DNA of 64,000 bases. Source: Nitrospinota bacterium (lineage in GTDB: Bacteria > Nitrospinota_A > UBA7883 > JACRGQ01). The position numbers and the translations under genes are program-made. Below are positions 1 through 9,642 of this stretch, one piece after another. The DNA is taken from positions 6,242 through 70,241 of the forward strand of contig JACQEX010000030.1 in the NCBI GenBank assembly GCA_016200345.1, in the 5' to 3' direction. The stretch's first letter is position 1, and each line of letters begins with the position of its first letter. The notes beneath the pieces were generated by a model. That model saw only the letters and a program-made list of their open reading frames with translations, did not search any database and had not been told where the DNA came from.

Positions 1-935
1 ACCGGCGGGCGGTGCGGGCGGCGGCGGAACGGGGCCTTTAGCACCATCTCCTTCACGTAGAGGTAAAAATCCCTCACATGGTTGTAAGTTGCGCTGTCGT
101 TCTTCAATATTTTTTTTGCCAATCCCATTATGGTTTTTCTAAGAAGGCCGGGGGTTGCGGCGGGAGCCTCCGCAACCGGAGCGCCAGCGGCGTTGTCCTG
201 ACTCCATTGTCGCAAATAAAAACTTTGGACGGGCACGACGTTCGAGCTAGAGTTCTCCTTTTTTCGCGCCACGAACCAAATGCCGAGGGCGTCCACCCCG
301 TCCCACCCGCCGATGGAGAGGTCGTCAATGCTTCCAGGGGAGTAGTTGTACACGTTCCATGGCCTGAATTTCTTGTGCGGGTCGTACTCAAAAAGGTAGG
401 ACTGCAGAACCTCGTACTTGTTCACCGTATAATAATCGTAGAAAAACGTCGGGCTGAACATATGAAACCCGTGGTCAACGTGATTACTGCTCGGGGAGGC
501 ATGGACGATAATTCCGCCGGGCTTAAGCATAAAGTGCATGTTGCGAAGAAGCTGTGGGACGTTAAAAACGTGCTCCGCGGTTCCGCCGTCGAATACGCAG
601 TCAAACTTTTCCCTTAGTGCCTCCGGCGCCGGTTCGTTTAAATCGAAGACGTGCGTCGGATCATCCGCCTCGACCAAATCAACGCTTGAAACCGAGTCAA
701 ACCCAAGCGACTTAAACAGCATTACGTCGTTCATCGCGGACGCTGGCTGGCTTTTATCGTCGTTTTGAACGGAGTCAATTATGGGAAGACTAAGGCCGAA
801 CTGTTTGGCGATAATCTTTACCTGTCCCCGCGAGACGTCCACGGTCTGCCTCCCAAGCTGACAAATGGTTCCGGTCAGAGGCACCTTTGTCTTCAAATCA
901 AACCATAATTTGACGCCCGATCTTCTAAGAGCCAT
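1..935 (-). CDS. Class I SAM-dependent methyltransferase, partial (3' end lies beyond the window start)
   Basis: Hand translation of the minus strand from ATG at 935..933, preceded by an AAGGGG RBS. The frame stays open to position 1 and is absent from the ORF track because no stop falls inside the window. It contains FDCVFDGGTAEHVFN and MLKPGGIIVHASP methyltransferase motifs. The listed + ORF 78..617 is antisense to it. Confidence 0.45.
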   Translation of the reverse strand, partial: MALRRSGVKLWFDLKTKVPLTGTICQLGRQTVDVSRGQVKIIAKQFGLSLPIIDSVQNDDKSQPASAMNDVMLFKSLGFDSVSSVDLVEADDPTHVFDLNEPAPEALREKFDCVFDGGTAEHVFNVPQLLRNMHFMLKPGGIIVHASPSSNHVDHGFHMFSPTFFYDYYTVNKYEVLQSYLFEYDPHKKFRPWNVYNYSPGSIDDLSIGGWDGVDALGIWFVARKKENSSSNVVPVQSFYLRQWSQDNAAGAPVAEAPAATPGLLRKTIMGLAKKILKNDSATYNHVRDFYLYVKEMVLKAPFRRRPHRPP

Positions 936-981
936 ATTCAGATTCCCCTTACTTGGTGATTGGTTGCCACGCGCGGGCCGG

Positions 982-2514
982 TCATTTTGCCGTAACAATG
1001 GCGATGTCGCCGACGTTCCCCGGTGGAAGGACTTTTTTATCGGTTAAATTGGCATTGGCCGCCTTGCCCGTCGCCTGAAGCGCCCTCTGCAACGTGCTTT
1101 TGCGAATGGAGGCTAGCTCGTCGAGCGTGACGCCCATCATCCGCGCAATCTTGGCCCTTTTCTCCTCGTTGGTGAAATTTAACCTGTCCCACTCAAACGC
1201 CCGAAGAATCGTCAATTGTGCGACAGAGAACTCTTCCGTGGAAATGGCGGCCAGCCCCCATCCGATGTCCGAGAAATCGAAGTCCTTGGACAGATAGCCA
1301 CCCGCTACGGCCATGTTGAAAAGCTCAGTTCCCGGATAGGGGGTGGCAATATTTATCTTCGTGTAGTCGGAGTTCATTTCTTCGGCGACCCTGATTGAAT
1401 GCCGTATTTCCTCCCATGTCTCTCCGGGAGAGCCTATGACCCACAGGCTTGTGGTGTCCATCCCAAGCTCGCGGGCCGTGTCGAGCATTTTCTTTGCGTG
1501 AGTGAGGTTAACCGGTTTCCTAATTATTTCCTTTAGAACCCGCGGCACCCCGGATTCCACGGCTATAGACAGATACACGCAACCAGATTCCTTCATCAAA
1601 GCTAGAAGCTCCTCGCTAAGGAAAAACTCGCTCACGTTGGCCGCGTTCCACGCGACGGGCAGTTTGCGCGCGATCATTTCCTTAAAAATTCCGACCGCAC
1701 GGGAGCGGTTGCCAAGAAAATTGTCGTCCAAAAACTCAATGGCGCGAATTCCGTGCTTGTCAATGAGCCATTCAATCTCGTCAACGACGCGCTTTGCCGA
1801 TTGGAAACGGGTCTTCCCGCCCGAAATCGTCTCGACCTGGCAAAAGGTGCACCCTATTGGACAACCCCGGCTGGTAATCATCTTGGCGTACGGAAGGGCG
1901 CGCGGAGCGTCCACTATGTGCTTGAATGACTCGTTGGCGTAGCGGTCGAAATCAATCAGGTCGTTTGACGGAAAAGGGAGGGCGTCGAGGTCTTTGATGA
2001 AATGAACCTGCCGACGAATGTCCGGTTTGTCTCCGGCCATGCGGGCTACCCCCTCCGCCGGAAACTCGCCGTTGCCCTCGATGAAATCAAGAAGTTTTGG
2101 AAATACGTATTCCCCCTCGCCAAGAACGGCAAAGTCCACGTTGGGATTGCGTATGACGTCGAGCGGCCTTGTGGTCGCGCAGACCCCGCCCATGACGGTG
2201 ACTATGCCCGGATTTACCGATTTAACGGCGCCGACGGCCTTTAGCCCGGTCACCAGATATTCGTTTGCCAGCACTGACACTCCGACCACGTCGGGCGCCC
2301 AGCTTTTCACCAAATCCGAAAACTTTTCCGGGCTGTGGTCCTCCAGATTGCTGTCCACTATGCGAACGTCGTACCGCCCCTTTGGCAACGCGGATGCCAG
2401 CAGGGTCAGCGGGTACGGATGCAGATGCCAGAACGAACCTTCGCTCAGCCACTTTGAGTTTGGAGTAACCAGCATTATTTTCTTTATTTGGCCCATATTA
2501 TTTCCCAATTTCAC
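982..2514 (-). CDS. B12-binding (class B) radical SAM protein
   Basis: 510 aa. N-terminal Rossmann-like B12-binding region (IVDSNLEDH...VVGVSV) followed by a CPIGCTFCQ CxxxCxxC radical SAM motif. Confidence 0.8.
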   Translation of the reverse strand: MKLGNNMGQIKKIMLVTPNSKWLSEGSFWHLHPYPLTLLASALPKGRYDVRIVDSNLEDHSPEKFSDLVKSWAPDVVGVSVLANEYLVTGLKAVGAVKSVNPGIVTVMGGVCATTRPLDVIRNPNVDFAVLGEGEYVFPKLLDFIEGNGEFPAEGVARMAGDKPDIRRQVHFIKDLDALPFPSNDLIDFDRYANESFKHIVDAPRALPYAKMITSRGCPIGCTFCQVETISGGKTRFQSAKRVVDEIEWLIDKHGIRAIEFLDDNFLGNRSRAVGIFKEMIARKLPVAWNAANVSEFFLSEELLALMKESGCVYLSIAVESGVPRVLKEIIRKPVNLTHAKKMLDTARELGMDTTSLWVIGSPGETWEEIRHSIRVAEEMNSDYTKINIATPYPGTELFNMAVAGGYLSKDFDFSDIGWGLAAISTEEFSVAQLTILRAFEWDRLNFTNEEKRAKIARMMGVTLDELASIRKSTLQRALQATGKAANANLTDKKVLPPGNVGDIAIVTAK

Positions 2515-2953
2515 CTAATTCATATTTGACCATCAGTTTGTTTATGGCGTCGGTCATGAATGTCAGCGGTATCAAATCCATGTTCCTTTCAAGTTTTGCG
2601 GAAAATAGACTTTTTGTCAGAATGTCGCGCACGGAAAAAAGTCCCATATCCTGCCCCTCCTTAAGCACCGGTTTGTCCTTCAACTCGCAATAAAAGGCGT
2701 GCGCAAGAGTGTTGCCAACCTCGGGCAGGACGTTTGTGTACAGCCAAGCAAGTCCGACGGCCTCTATCTCGAGTTCCTCGTACAGTTCCCTTCTGGCGGC
2801 CTCCTCCGGGGTCTCGCCGTCCTCGACGGCCCCTCCGAAAAAACCCCATTTGCCCGGAAATATAATCTCTTCCTTGAAATCACGCAGTTGTAGCAGTACG
2901 TTTTGGCCCGACAAGGGGAGAATTACGACGACTTCCTTCGGGACTATTGCCAC
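2498..2953 (-). CDS. NUDIX hydrolase
   Basis: Nudix box GKWGFFGGAVEDGETPEEAARRELYEELEIEA. Start uncertain: the track ORF begins at TTG 3037, overlapping the upstream gene by 94 nt; GTG at 2953 is a more conservative start. Confidence 0.65.
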   Translation of the reverse strand: MAIVPKEVVVILPLSGQNVLLQLRDFKEEIIFPGKWGFFGGAVEDGETPEEAARRELYEELEIEAVGLAWLYTNVLPEVGNTLAHAFYCELKDKPVLKEGQDMGLFSVRDILTKSLFSAKLERNMDLIPLTFMTDAINKLMVKYELGEIGK

Positions 2954-3801
2954 GGCATTTCGGTCTTGCAACTCGCGAACAACATTCCTTCCTTGTAGGT
3001 TACCGGCATTTGGGACAACTCCCGCACTCTTTTCCAATTATTTTTTTGCGAAAAGAGGTTTACGCCTTCTTTGTTTAAATGGTTGAAAACCTCCTCGGCG
3101 TTTTTGGCGTTCTCTATCTCGATGAGCCCGTCCGTCTTTTCCCAATGGGACTTTTTCGTCTGGGTGATAATCGTCGCCTCGTGTCCCTCGACGTCCATTT
3201 TTACCAAGTCCGCCCATGCAAACAGGGGGTTCATCGGTTGCAGATTAACCTCAAAGCGCTCCAACTCGCCGTAGGGGTTGGCCTTTGAACCCGCCAAATG
3301 ACTGCCCGTGGTGTTGCCCAAAACGCGCACAAACTCCATCTTCCCCTCGCTGACCGAAACGGCCATGTTATGGCATTCCACCTTTGAACATTCGTTGGCC
3401 TTTAAATTGCGCTTCAACACCTCAAAGGTTTTAGGATCCGGCTCGAAACACCTCACCTCAAAGCCGCATTTGGAGAAGATAACGGAGTGAAGCCCGATAT
3501 TCGCCCCCACGTCCGCAACCCGCTTATATCGTCCCCTATTAAGGTGGTAGAAACTGAAAAGAATTAGCTCGTCCAGATTGAACAGATCCAATGAGTCAAT
3601 GGCCCCCATTTTGTAATATGGAAACACAATTTCCCCGAACGGCCCGAACTTCTTCGGCGCGTCCCCCTTGTCGGAAAAAGACGCCTCCACCTCTTTGCGG
3701 GCGGAAATTTGCAACACCTCGTACAGCTTGGAGCCGCGCGAATGGTGGGCCGAAACCGTGGGCAGGGCGCTTAAAAGGCTTTCAAAAAAAGAATTTTCCA
3801 T
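2944..3801 (-). CDS. FkbM-family methyltransferase
   Basis: VADVGANIGLHS and KMDVEGHE motifs, typical of the FkbM family. Confidence 0.75.
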   Translation of the reverse strand: MENSFFESLLSALPTVSAHHSRGSKLYEVLQISARKEVEASFSDKGDAPKKFGPFGEIVFPYYKMGAIDSLDLFNLDELILFSFYHLNRGRYKRVADVGANIGLHSVIFSKCGFEVRCFEPDPKTFEVLKRNLKANECSKVECHNMAVSVSEGKMEFVRVLGNTTGSHLAGSKANPYGELERFEVNLQPMNPLFAWADLVKMDVEGHEATIITQTKKSHWEKTDGLIEIENAKNAEEVFNHLNKEGVNLFSQKNNWKRVRELSQMPVTYKEGMLFASCKTEMPWQ

Positions 3802-3816
3802 TTTTCTCCTTTAAGA

Positions 3817-4902
3817 CTAGACGAAATTGACGTGATCCGGCGGATGGGTGAGGGCCCACAAAAACTCGTTGATGGCGTGCGTGCGGCAATTGGTGTAGCA
3901 GTCCTTGTGCACGTCAATTAGTTTGACCTTTTCAACCACCTCCCAATAGCGTTCGCTCTCGAAAATCTCCTTGAACGACTTTTCCACCAAGTCCCCCATG
4001 CGATACTCCTCCTCGTGATTTTCGAAAAAGTCGCCGCACGGATAGAGCCGCCCGTTGCCGCTGGAATAAAGCAAAAACGGAACGCCAAGGCACTGGTCGT
4101 AGGTCCTTACCCCTTTGTTCTGCACCTTGTTCCATTTAACGGTCACCTGGTAGTTGTCCGTGGTCTGCTTTTCCGCGTCGCTAAGGATGCTGGTGAAGCC
4201 CTCGTACTCGTCGAGCCGTTTATAAATGCCCAGGGCGTTGTACACCGTGTCCCCGCATTGTTTTACCACCAGATAATCCACGCCCAGCTCCTTGCCGAGT
4301 TTTGCGAGGCCGACCACCTGGTCCACGTCGTTGGGGGTAAGTACCATTTGCAGGCCGATGGTTACCTTGAGGCCTTTTTTTTGCTTCATCTCCACGCAAA
4401 ACCGAATTTTCTTCACCAGCGTGGCAAATTCCTTGCTCCCGTGTATGCGGCGATACCCAGCGTCGTCGGCGGCGCTTATGTTGAACCTTAGCCAGCTAAG
4501 GCGCTCCAAGGCCTCCTCCCCCTGCTTGCCGGTGTCCCAAAGCACGCCGTTGGTGCCGATGGATATGTCCACCCCAGCGTCCGTGCCGGCCACGACCGCC
4601 TCGTACACCGCAGGGTTCAGCAGAGGCTCGGACTCGCCGATAAACGCCATCGAGCGCACGCCGATGGCGCCGGCGTCCCTTACGTACCGCAACAGCGCGT
4701 CGCGCGGGAACACGACCTCGGACCCCTTTCTGTAAAGGTTGCCCTGAACCGCGCCAAAACAGTAGTCGCATTTGATGTTGCATCCCTTGCTCAGGCCGAC
4801 GTCAATGTGCAAAGGCGCCACCCTTTTACCCTGTTTCCAATCGTTGACTCTCTCAAGATGCCAAATAAGTTTGTGCCCGTCCATTACGTATCTGTCTTTC
4901 AC
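3817..4902 (-). CDS. Radical SAM protein (non-B12, Cys-rich SPASM-like C-terminus)
   Basis: CNIKCDYC CxxxCxxC motif near the N-terminus and a C-terminal Cys cluster. Paralog of the protein at 7994..9061, sharing the C-terminal DHVNF[VI] tail. Confidence 0.8.
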   Translation of the reverse strand: MKDRYVMDGHKLIWHLERVNDWKQGKRVAPLHIDVGLSKGCNIKCDYCFGAVQGNLYRKGSEVVFPRDALLRYVRDAGAIGVRSMAFIGESEPLLNPAVYEAVVAGTDAGVDISIGTNGVLWDTGKQGEEALERLSWLRFNISAADDAGYRRIHGSKEFATLVKKIRFCVEMKQKKGLKVTIGLQMVLTPNDVDQVVGLAKLGKELGVDYLVVKQCGDTVYNALGIYKRLDEYEGFTSILSDAEKQTTDNYQVTVKWNKVQNKGVRTYDQCLGVPFLLYSSGNGRLYPCGDFFENHEEEYRMGDLVEKSFKEIFESERYWEVVEKVKLIDVHKDCYTNCRTHAINEFLWALTHPPDHVNFV

Positions 4903-4907
4903 TTTCG

Positions 4908-5774
4908 TTACCTTTCAATAAAATTTAGGCCGTTGCAATATTCGCCGACCGCGTCGCGCCACGGTCGAAGCAATTTGATTTTTTCCGAGTTGAGCGCCGT
5001 TTTTGTGTTCTTTTTCCCGATCGAGGGAAAGTCGTTGTGCGAGACCTTCTCCACTTTTACGTCCTTGGCGCCTATTCGCGCGACGACCTCAACAATAAGG
5101 TCGTGCAACGAGGCCGTCCCCTCGTTCACCACGTGATACACCCCAAAGTCCGGGCCGGACTCCACTATCCTGCGAACCTCGCGGCCCACGTCCCTGCTGT
5201 AGGTCGGCGAGGCAAAAATATCCCCTGAAATTTTAAGCGCCTTCGCGCCGTCCCTGATTTTTTGAATCATGTTTTCGACAAACTGCCCGGTCTGTTTTGT
5301 GGTTTCCCCGAAAAGTATGGAGACGCGAATTATGTAATACCGTTTAGCCCACGCCTGTATCATGCAGTCGCCGCCGTATTTGGTCATGCCGTAAATGCTC
5401 ACCGGCCTCGCGGCGTCGCTCTCCACGTATCTATCACCCTTGCCGTCGTCAAACACGGCGTCCGAGCTAAAATGGACGAGAAGAAACCCTAATTCGTTCG
5501 ATAGCTCCGCCAAAAGTTTTGGGAACAACACGTTCAGCCTGAAGGCCGCCTCAGGGTTCTTTTCGCTCGGATCAATGCCCAAAAACGCCACGGTGTTGAA
5601 AACAATATCGGGCTTTGCTTCCTCTATCACTTTTCGCGTTTGGGCAAAATCCTCCGCCTTGAACCCTTTGCTGTTGAGTCCCGTCACGGAATATCCGCCC
5701 GTAAAAGCCGAGGTCAGGGCCAGGCCCAACTTGCCGGTATTTCCAAGAATGAGAACCTTAGGGCTTTTTGACAA
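4908..5774 (-). CDS. RmlD-like NAD(P)-dependent sugar nucleotide reductase (extended SDR)
   Basis: VLILGNTGKLG glycine-rich N-terminus and YGMTK (YxxxK) catalytic motif. Length and pattern resemble dTDP-4-dehydrorhamnose reductase. Confidence 0.65.
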   Translation of the reverse strand: MSKSPKVLILGNTGKLGLALTSAFTGGYSVTGLNSKGFKAEDFAQTRKVIEEAKPDIVFNTVAFLGIDPSEKNPEAAFRLNVLFPKLLAELSNELGFLLVHFSSDAVFDDGKGDRYVESDAARPVSIYGMTKYGGDCMIQAWAKRYYIIRVSILFGETTKQTGQFVENMIQKIRDGAKALKISGDIFASPTYSRDVGREVRRIVESGPDFGVYHVVNEGTASLHDLIVEVVARIGAKDVKVEKVSHNDFPSIGKKNTKTALNSEKIKLLRPWRDAVGEYCNGLNFIER

Positions 5775-6678
5775 TTTTAAACTCCGATGTAATCGCCCTG
5801 CGTATCTCCGACGCGGATATCCCGTAGTGCTCCCTCATTCCCAAATTGTTTTTTATTTTGTGAATGTACTCGTTTTTAACGCCGAGCTTTCTCAATTTGA
5901 CGTCCACGCCGTTTTCAATAATCCATTCGGCCATGATTGAACCAAGTCCGCCCTGGACGTAGTGCTCCTCCACGGTTATTACGGTTCTTGTATTTTTAAG
6001 CAGTTTTTTCAACCCGCTAAAATCCCCCTCGGTGAGCATCGGAACGGAGATTAACTGCGGCCTGGCCTTAAGCCCCTCGACGGCCTGCATAACCTCAATC
6101 CCGACGGAGCCGTGGAACAAAACGGTCACGCCGCTTCCCTTTTTCACCACTATGGGGGACTCCACGCTTTTCACTTTCTCAGAGTGTATTTTTGGCTCGC
6201 CGTACTTCGCAAGCCTGATGAACGCCGGTTTTTTGCTTTTTATCGCATATTTGGCGCACAATTCTGCCTCCAGCGGGTCGGCGGGGGAGAGCACCACAAG
6301 CCCCGGCAGTGTCCGGGCAACCCCCACGTCCTCGACGGAATAATGGGTGTGCCCCTGCGGTGCGTAGGTTACGCCGCTACCGATGCCGATAAGTGTGACG
6401 GGTAGCTTTTGGTAGCAGAGGTCGTTTCGCACCTGTTCGTAGCATCTGTAGAGCACAAACGGCGTGATGTTATACACAAAAACGTTGTATCCGGCCATGG
6501 CGAGACCGGCTGAAAAGCTAATCATGTTCTGCTCCGCCACGCCGAGGTTGAGGTAACGCTCCGGGAATTTTTTTTGAAATTCGTCCAAAACCCCGAAACC
6601 GGCGTCGCCGGTGACCACGAAAATGCTTTTTTCCTTCTCGGCGGCCTTGGTTATTGTGTCAATGACCGTGTTTCTCAT
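5758..6678 (-). CDS. Transketolase, C-terminal (pyrimidine-binding) subunit
   Basis: 306 aa, split transketolase B subunit pattern (FVVTGDAGFG, LNLGVAEQNM). Overlaps the N-terminal subunit gene by 4 nt. Confidence 0.8.
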   Translation of the reverse strand: MRNTVIDTITKAAEKEKSIFVVTGDAGFGVLDEFQKKFPERYLNLGVAEQNMISFSAGLAMAGYNVFVYNITPFVLYRCYEQVRNDLCYQKLPVTLIGIGSGVTYAPQGHTHYSVEDVGVARTLPGLVVLSPADPLEAELCAKYAIKSKKPAFIRLAKYGEPKIHSEKVKSVESPIVVKKGSGVTVLFHGSVGIEVMQAVEGLKARPQLISVPMLTEGDFSGLKKLLKNTRTVITVEEHYVQGGLGSIMAEWIIENGVDVKLRKLGVKNEYIHKIKNNLGMREHYGISASEIRRAITSEFKIVKKP

Positions 6679-7493
6679 TCCGCCGCCAGTTCTTCGAGGG
6701 CCTGTTTTTTAAACTCGTCCGTCACGATGAAATAATGCCATTTCATCTCGTTTTCCATGAAGGAAACTCCCTTCCCCTTGATGGTTTTTGCGATGATTAT
6801 TTTTGGTTTGCCGTTGGACGGTGCGTCCAATGCGCCGATTAGCTGGCGGTAATCATGGCCCCCCACTTCGTAAACCTGCCATCCGAACGCCTCCCACTTG
6901 GCCCTGACCGGCTCGTAATGGCAAATTTCCGTCGGGCGGCCGTAACCCTGAAGGTTGTTGTAGTCCAATAGCACCGTGAAGTTGTCAATTCCAAGCTTCG
7001 GGGCGAACAACGCCCCCTCCCATATCGAGCCTTCCTGCGACTCGCCGTCGCCTATGACGCTATAGACGTTTCGATTTTCACCCTTTTGTTTGAACACGTA
7101 CGCCATGCCCAATCCCATGTTGAACCCGTGACCAAGCGAACCGACCGACGCCTCGATTGCCTTGTTCGTAAACCGGTCAAGGTGGGCCGGTAGTTTGCCG
7201 TTGTTCTGAAGATATTGGAAAAGGTCGGGCTTGCTTATAAATCCCCTCAGCGTCAGGTTGGCGTAAAGCGCCATCGCCGAGTGCCCCTTACTGAGAATGA
7301 AAATATCCCGATTCTTCCAATCCTTCGGGTCTATTCGCAACTTATAAAAATAGAGCGTCGTAATCATGTCTACGCACGAAAGGGACGAGCCGATGTGCGC
7401 GCTTTTGGACTTGTTGGCAATTTCTATCATAAGCCGGCGAGCCTCGCGCGCCTTGGTCGAAATCAGTTTTTCCTCGGACTCTAGATTATCCAT
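6675..7493 (-). CDS. Transketolase, N-terminal (TPP-binding) subunit
   Basis: 272 aa, SAHIGSSLSC...GHGF...GDGESQEG transketolase TPP-binding motifs. Confidence 0.8.
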   Translation of the reverse strand: MDNLESEEKLISTKAREARRLMIEIANKSKSAHIGSSLSCVDMITTLYFYKLRIDPKDWKNRDIFILSKGHSAMALYANLTLRGFISKPDLFQYLQNNGKLPAHLDRFTNKAIEASVGSLGHGFNMGLGMAYVFKQKGENRNVYSVIGDGESQEGSIWEGALFAPKLGIDNFTVLLDYNNLQGYGRPTEICHYEPVRAKWEAFGWQVYEVGGHDYRQLIGALDAPSNGKPKIIIAKTIKGKGVSFMENEMKWHYFIVTDEFKKQALEELAAE

Positions 7494-7523
7494 TTTAAAT
7501 ATTTGCCGACTTGCGTTTTCCGA

Positions 7524-7979
7524 TTAATCGGCGCGCCCGGGCCCTTTCACGTATTGGTCCACGTATTCAAGCGTTTTAAGGTCATGTTCAATCATTTTTA
7601 ACCGGCGAGATTCTTCCACGTTAAACCAGCCATACCCCTGTCCTTCCCCCAAAATAATAGGAGTAACCCCGTCGTATCTTTCTACAAAAACGTTCAAATG
7701 ACATTCGACGGATTCTAACACAACGTCTTTGTGCAAAACAAAGCGCGGGAATTTTAGTTGGTATCCCAGTTCTTCCAAGGCCTCCCTTTTCACCGCGTCC
7801 TCGGCGGTTTCGGCCCCCTCGATGCTCCCCCCGAAAAACGCCCAGTATCCCGGAAGCCGTTCCGCGTCCTCGGTTCGATGTTGCAACAAATATTCGTGCT
7901 CGTCGTTGTGCAAAATCACAAGCGCGGCATTTATGGGCCTACGTCCGACCTTGGTTGTTCCCTCGCCATTTTTCGTCAA
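7524..7979 (-). CDS. NUDIX hydrolase
   Basis: Nudix box GGSIEGAETAEDAVKREALEELG. Confidence 0.7.
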   Translation of the reverse strand: MTKNGEGTTKVGRRPINAALVILHNDEHEYLLQHRTEDAERLPGYWAFFGGSIEGAETAEDAVKREALEELGYQLKFPRFVLHKDVVLESVECHLNVFVERYDGVTPIILGEGQGYGWFNVEESRRLKMIEHDLKTLEYVDQYVKGPGRAD

Positions 7980-7993
7980 ATTAAAATTCCTTG

Positions 7994-9061
7994 TTAGATA
8001 AAGTTAACGTGGTCAATCGGGTTTTTCAAATCCCAGATGTAACGGTTCACGGCGTCCATCCGGCAGTTCAGCCTGCATTCGCAGAGGTCAAGCTCCTCGT
8101 GAACCCACTTAAGCGACTTCATGCGCGCCTCCCCCTCCCAAATTTCCTTGAAGGTGTTGTCGTTTATGTTGCCGTATTTGAACCGTTCGTCCAGCAAAAA
8201 TTCCGCGCAACCCCACACAAAACCGCCCGCGTCGATGTAGGACCAAAAAGGGAGGGCGTGGCATTTTTTATAGTTGCGCGACCCCTCGTCCCATTTCTGC
8301 ATCGCGTTCGACCGGAAGATGACGCGAAAGTCCGGCGTGTTGAGTTTTTCAAGCTCCGGGCCGAGATACATATAATCCGTATACTTTACGTTCTCGTACT
8401 GGTGCGTGATGCTGTTCGGCATCTGCGAATACGGTTTTATTACAAGGTAGTCCATCCCCGCGTCACTGGCGACGCGGGCGAGGGTGACGGCCTCGGCATG
8501 ATTTTCGGGGAGTAGAATCATCTGCATGCCAAGCGTGCAACGATAGCCCTTTTCGTCCCTCACCTTTTTGGCGTACACCATGTTCTTAACCGCCTTGTCG
8601 AAGTCGGCGGGCTTCGTCCGGTGCACTTTTGAATATGTGTCCGGCGTTCCGGCGTTGATGCTCACTTTTATCCATTCCACGTGGCCGAGAATCTCGTCGG
8701 CTATTTCTTCCTTAAAAAGAACGGCGTTGGTCGTTATGCCAACGTCTATCCCCGATTTTTTGGTGTGCACGATTATCTGTGCGATGTCCTTGTGCAAAAA
8801 GGGCTCCCCGTCCCCGGCGTACATGATGCTTTTCAGGCCCAGGGCACCCATCTCGGTCAGGCGCTCCATAAATATCTTTGTGTCCAGATAACGCTTTTGG
8901 TACCCCATGAAATCCTTGCCGCAGTAGGTGCATCGGTGGTTGCACGGGCCGGAGGGGCTGATCTCCATATAAATGGGGTAGATATTTTTGCCGTCAAGCC
9001 ACTCCGAGACCCTTTTGGGGTGAAACATCAGCTTGTGGCTGTCTATCCTAAACTTATCCAT
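7994..9061 (-). CDS. Radical SAM protein (non-B12, SPASM-like), paralog of 3817..4902
   Basis: CNHRCTYC motif. Collinear with the 3817..4902 protein, including the C-terminal CECRLNC cluster and DHVNFI tail. Confidence 0.8.
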   Translation of the reverse strand: MDKFRIDSHKLMFHPKRVSEWLDGKNIYPIYMEISPSGPCNHRCTYCGKDFMGYQKRYLDTKIFMERLTEMGALGLKSIMYAGDGEPFLHKDIAQIIVHTKKSGIDVGITTNAVLFKEEIADEILGHVEWIKVSINAGTPDTYSKVHRTKPADFDKAVKNMVYAKKVRDEKGYRCTLGMQMILLPENHAEAVTLARVASDAGMDYLVIKPYSQMPNSITHQYENVKYTDYMYLGPELEKLNTPDFRVIFRSNAMQKWDEGSRNYKKCHALPFWSYIDAGGFVWGCAEFLLDERFKYGNINDNTFKEIWEGEARMKSLKWVHEELDLCECRLNCRMDAVNRYIWDLKNPIDHVNFI

Positions 9062-9632
9062 TTCTCGCCGCTAAAATAACGTCCAGAATGCAGTGGCAGA
9101 TTGCGGTGTGCAGTATCTCTACAGGCCCGTAGGCGCTGTCCGGCACATAAAAATTTACGTCGCCGAGTTTTGAAAGCGGATTGTCTTTTACAAATCCGGA
9201 CAACGTTATCACCTTGCATTTTTTGGCGCGGGCCGCATCCACGCCCCTTATTATGTTCTCCGATTTCCCGGAACTGCTTATCGCCACAAGCACGTCCCCC
9301 TCTTCGGCGAACATCTCGATGGGCTTCTCAAAAAGATGCTTGAAGCCGTAATCGTTTCCGATGCAGGTGAGAACGGACGAGTCGTTAAAGGCCACGGCCC
9401 GCATTCCGCCGTTTTTCCAAAAATCCGTGGACATATGGCTTGAGATGGACGCGCTGGCCCCGTTGCCGATGAACATAAGCTTCTTCCCGGCGTTGGTTTG
9501 GGCGACGACGAGTCCGCACGCCTCCGCAATCCCGTCGTGAAGGGAATCAAGCCGCTCGGCCCCGCGGGAGGCGGACATGGAATCCATGGCCTTCTTAAGG
9601 TTGTTGAAATAGGCTGTCGAAAGTTTTTGCAT
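9054..9632 (-). CDS. gmhA: Sedoheptulose-7-phosphate isomerase (SIS domain, GmhA-like)
   Basis: Collinear with E. coli GmhA across the SIS core (FIGNGASAS...CIGNDYGF...GDVLVAISSSGKS...KVITLSG). Confidence 0.7.
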   Translation of the reverse strand: MQKLSTAYFNNLKKAMDSMSASRGAERLDSLHDGIAEACGLVVAQTNAGKKLMFIGNGASASISSHMSTDFWKNGGMRAVAFNDSSVLTCIGNDYGFKHLFEKPIEMFAEEGDVLVAISSSGKSENIIRGVDAARAKKCKVITLSGFVKDNPLSKLGDVNFYVPDSAYGPVEILHTAICHCILDVILAARNG

Positions 9633-9642
9633 ATTTTCTCCG

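Noticed and set aside
78-617. 179-aa + strand ORF at the window start
   Set aside because: It is antisense to a better-supported minus-strand methyltransferase gene (1..935), which has an RBS and LKPGG-type motifs. High-GC antisense frames are commonly open.
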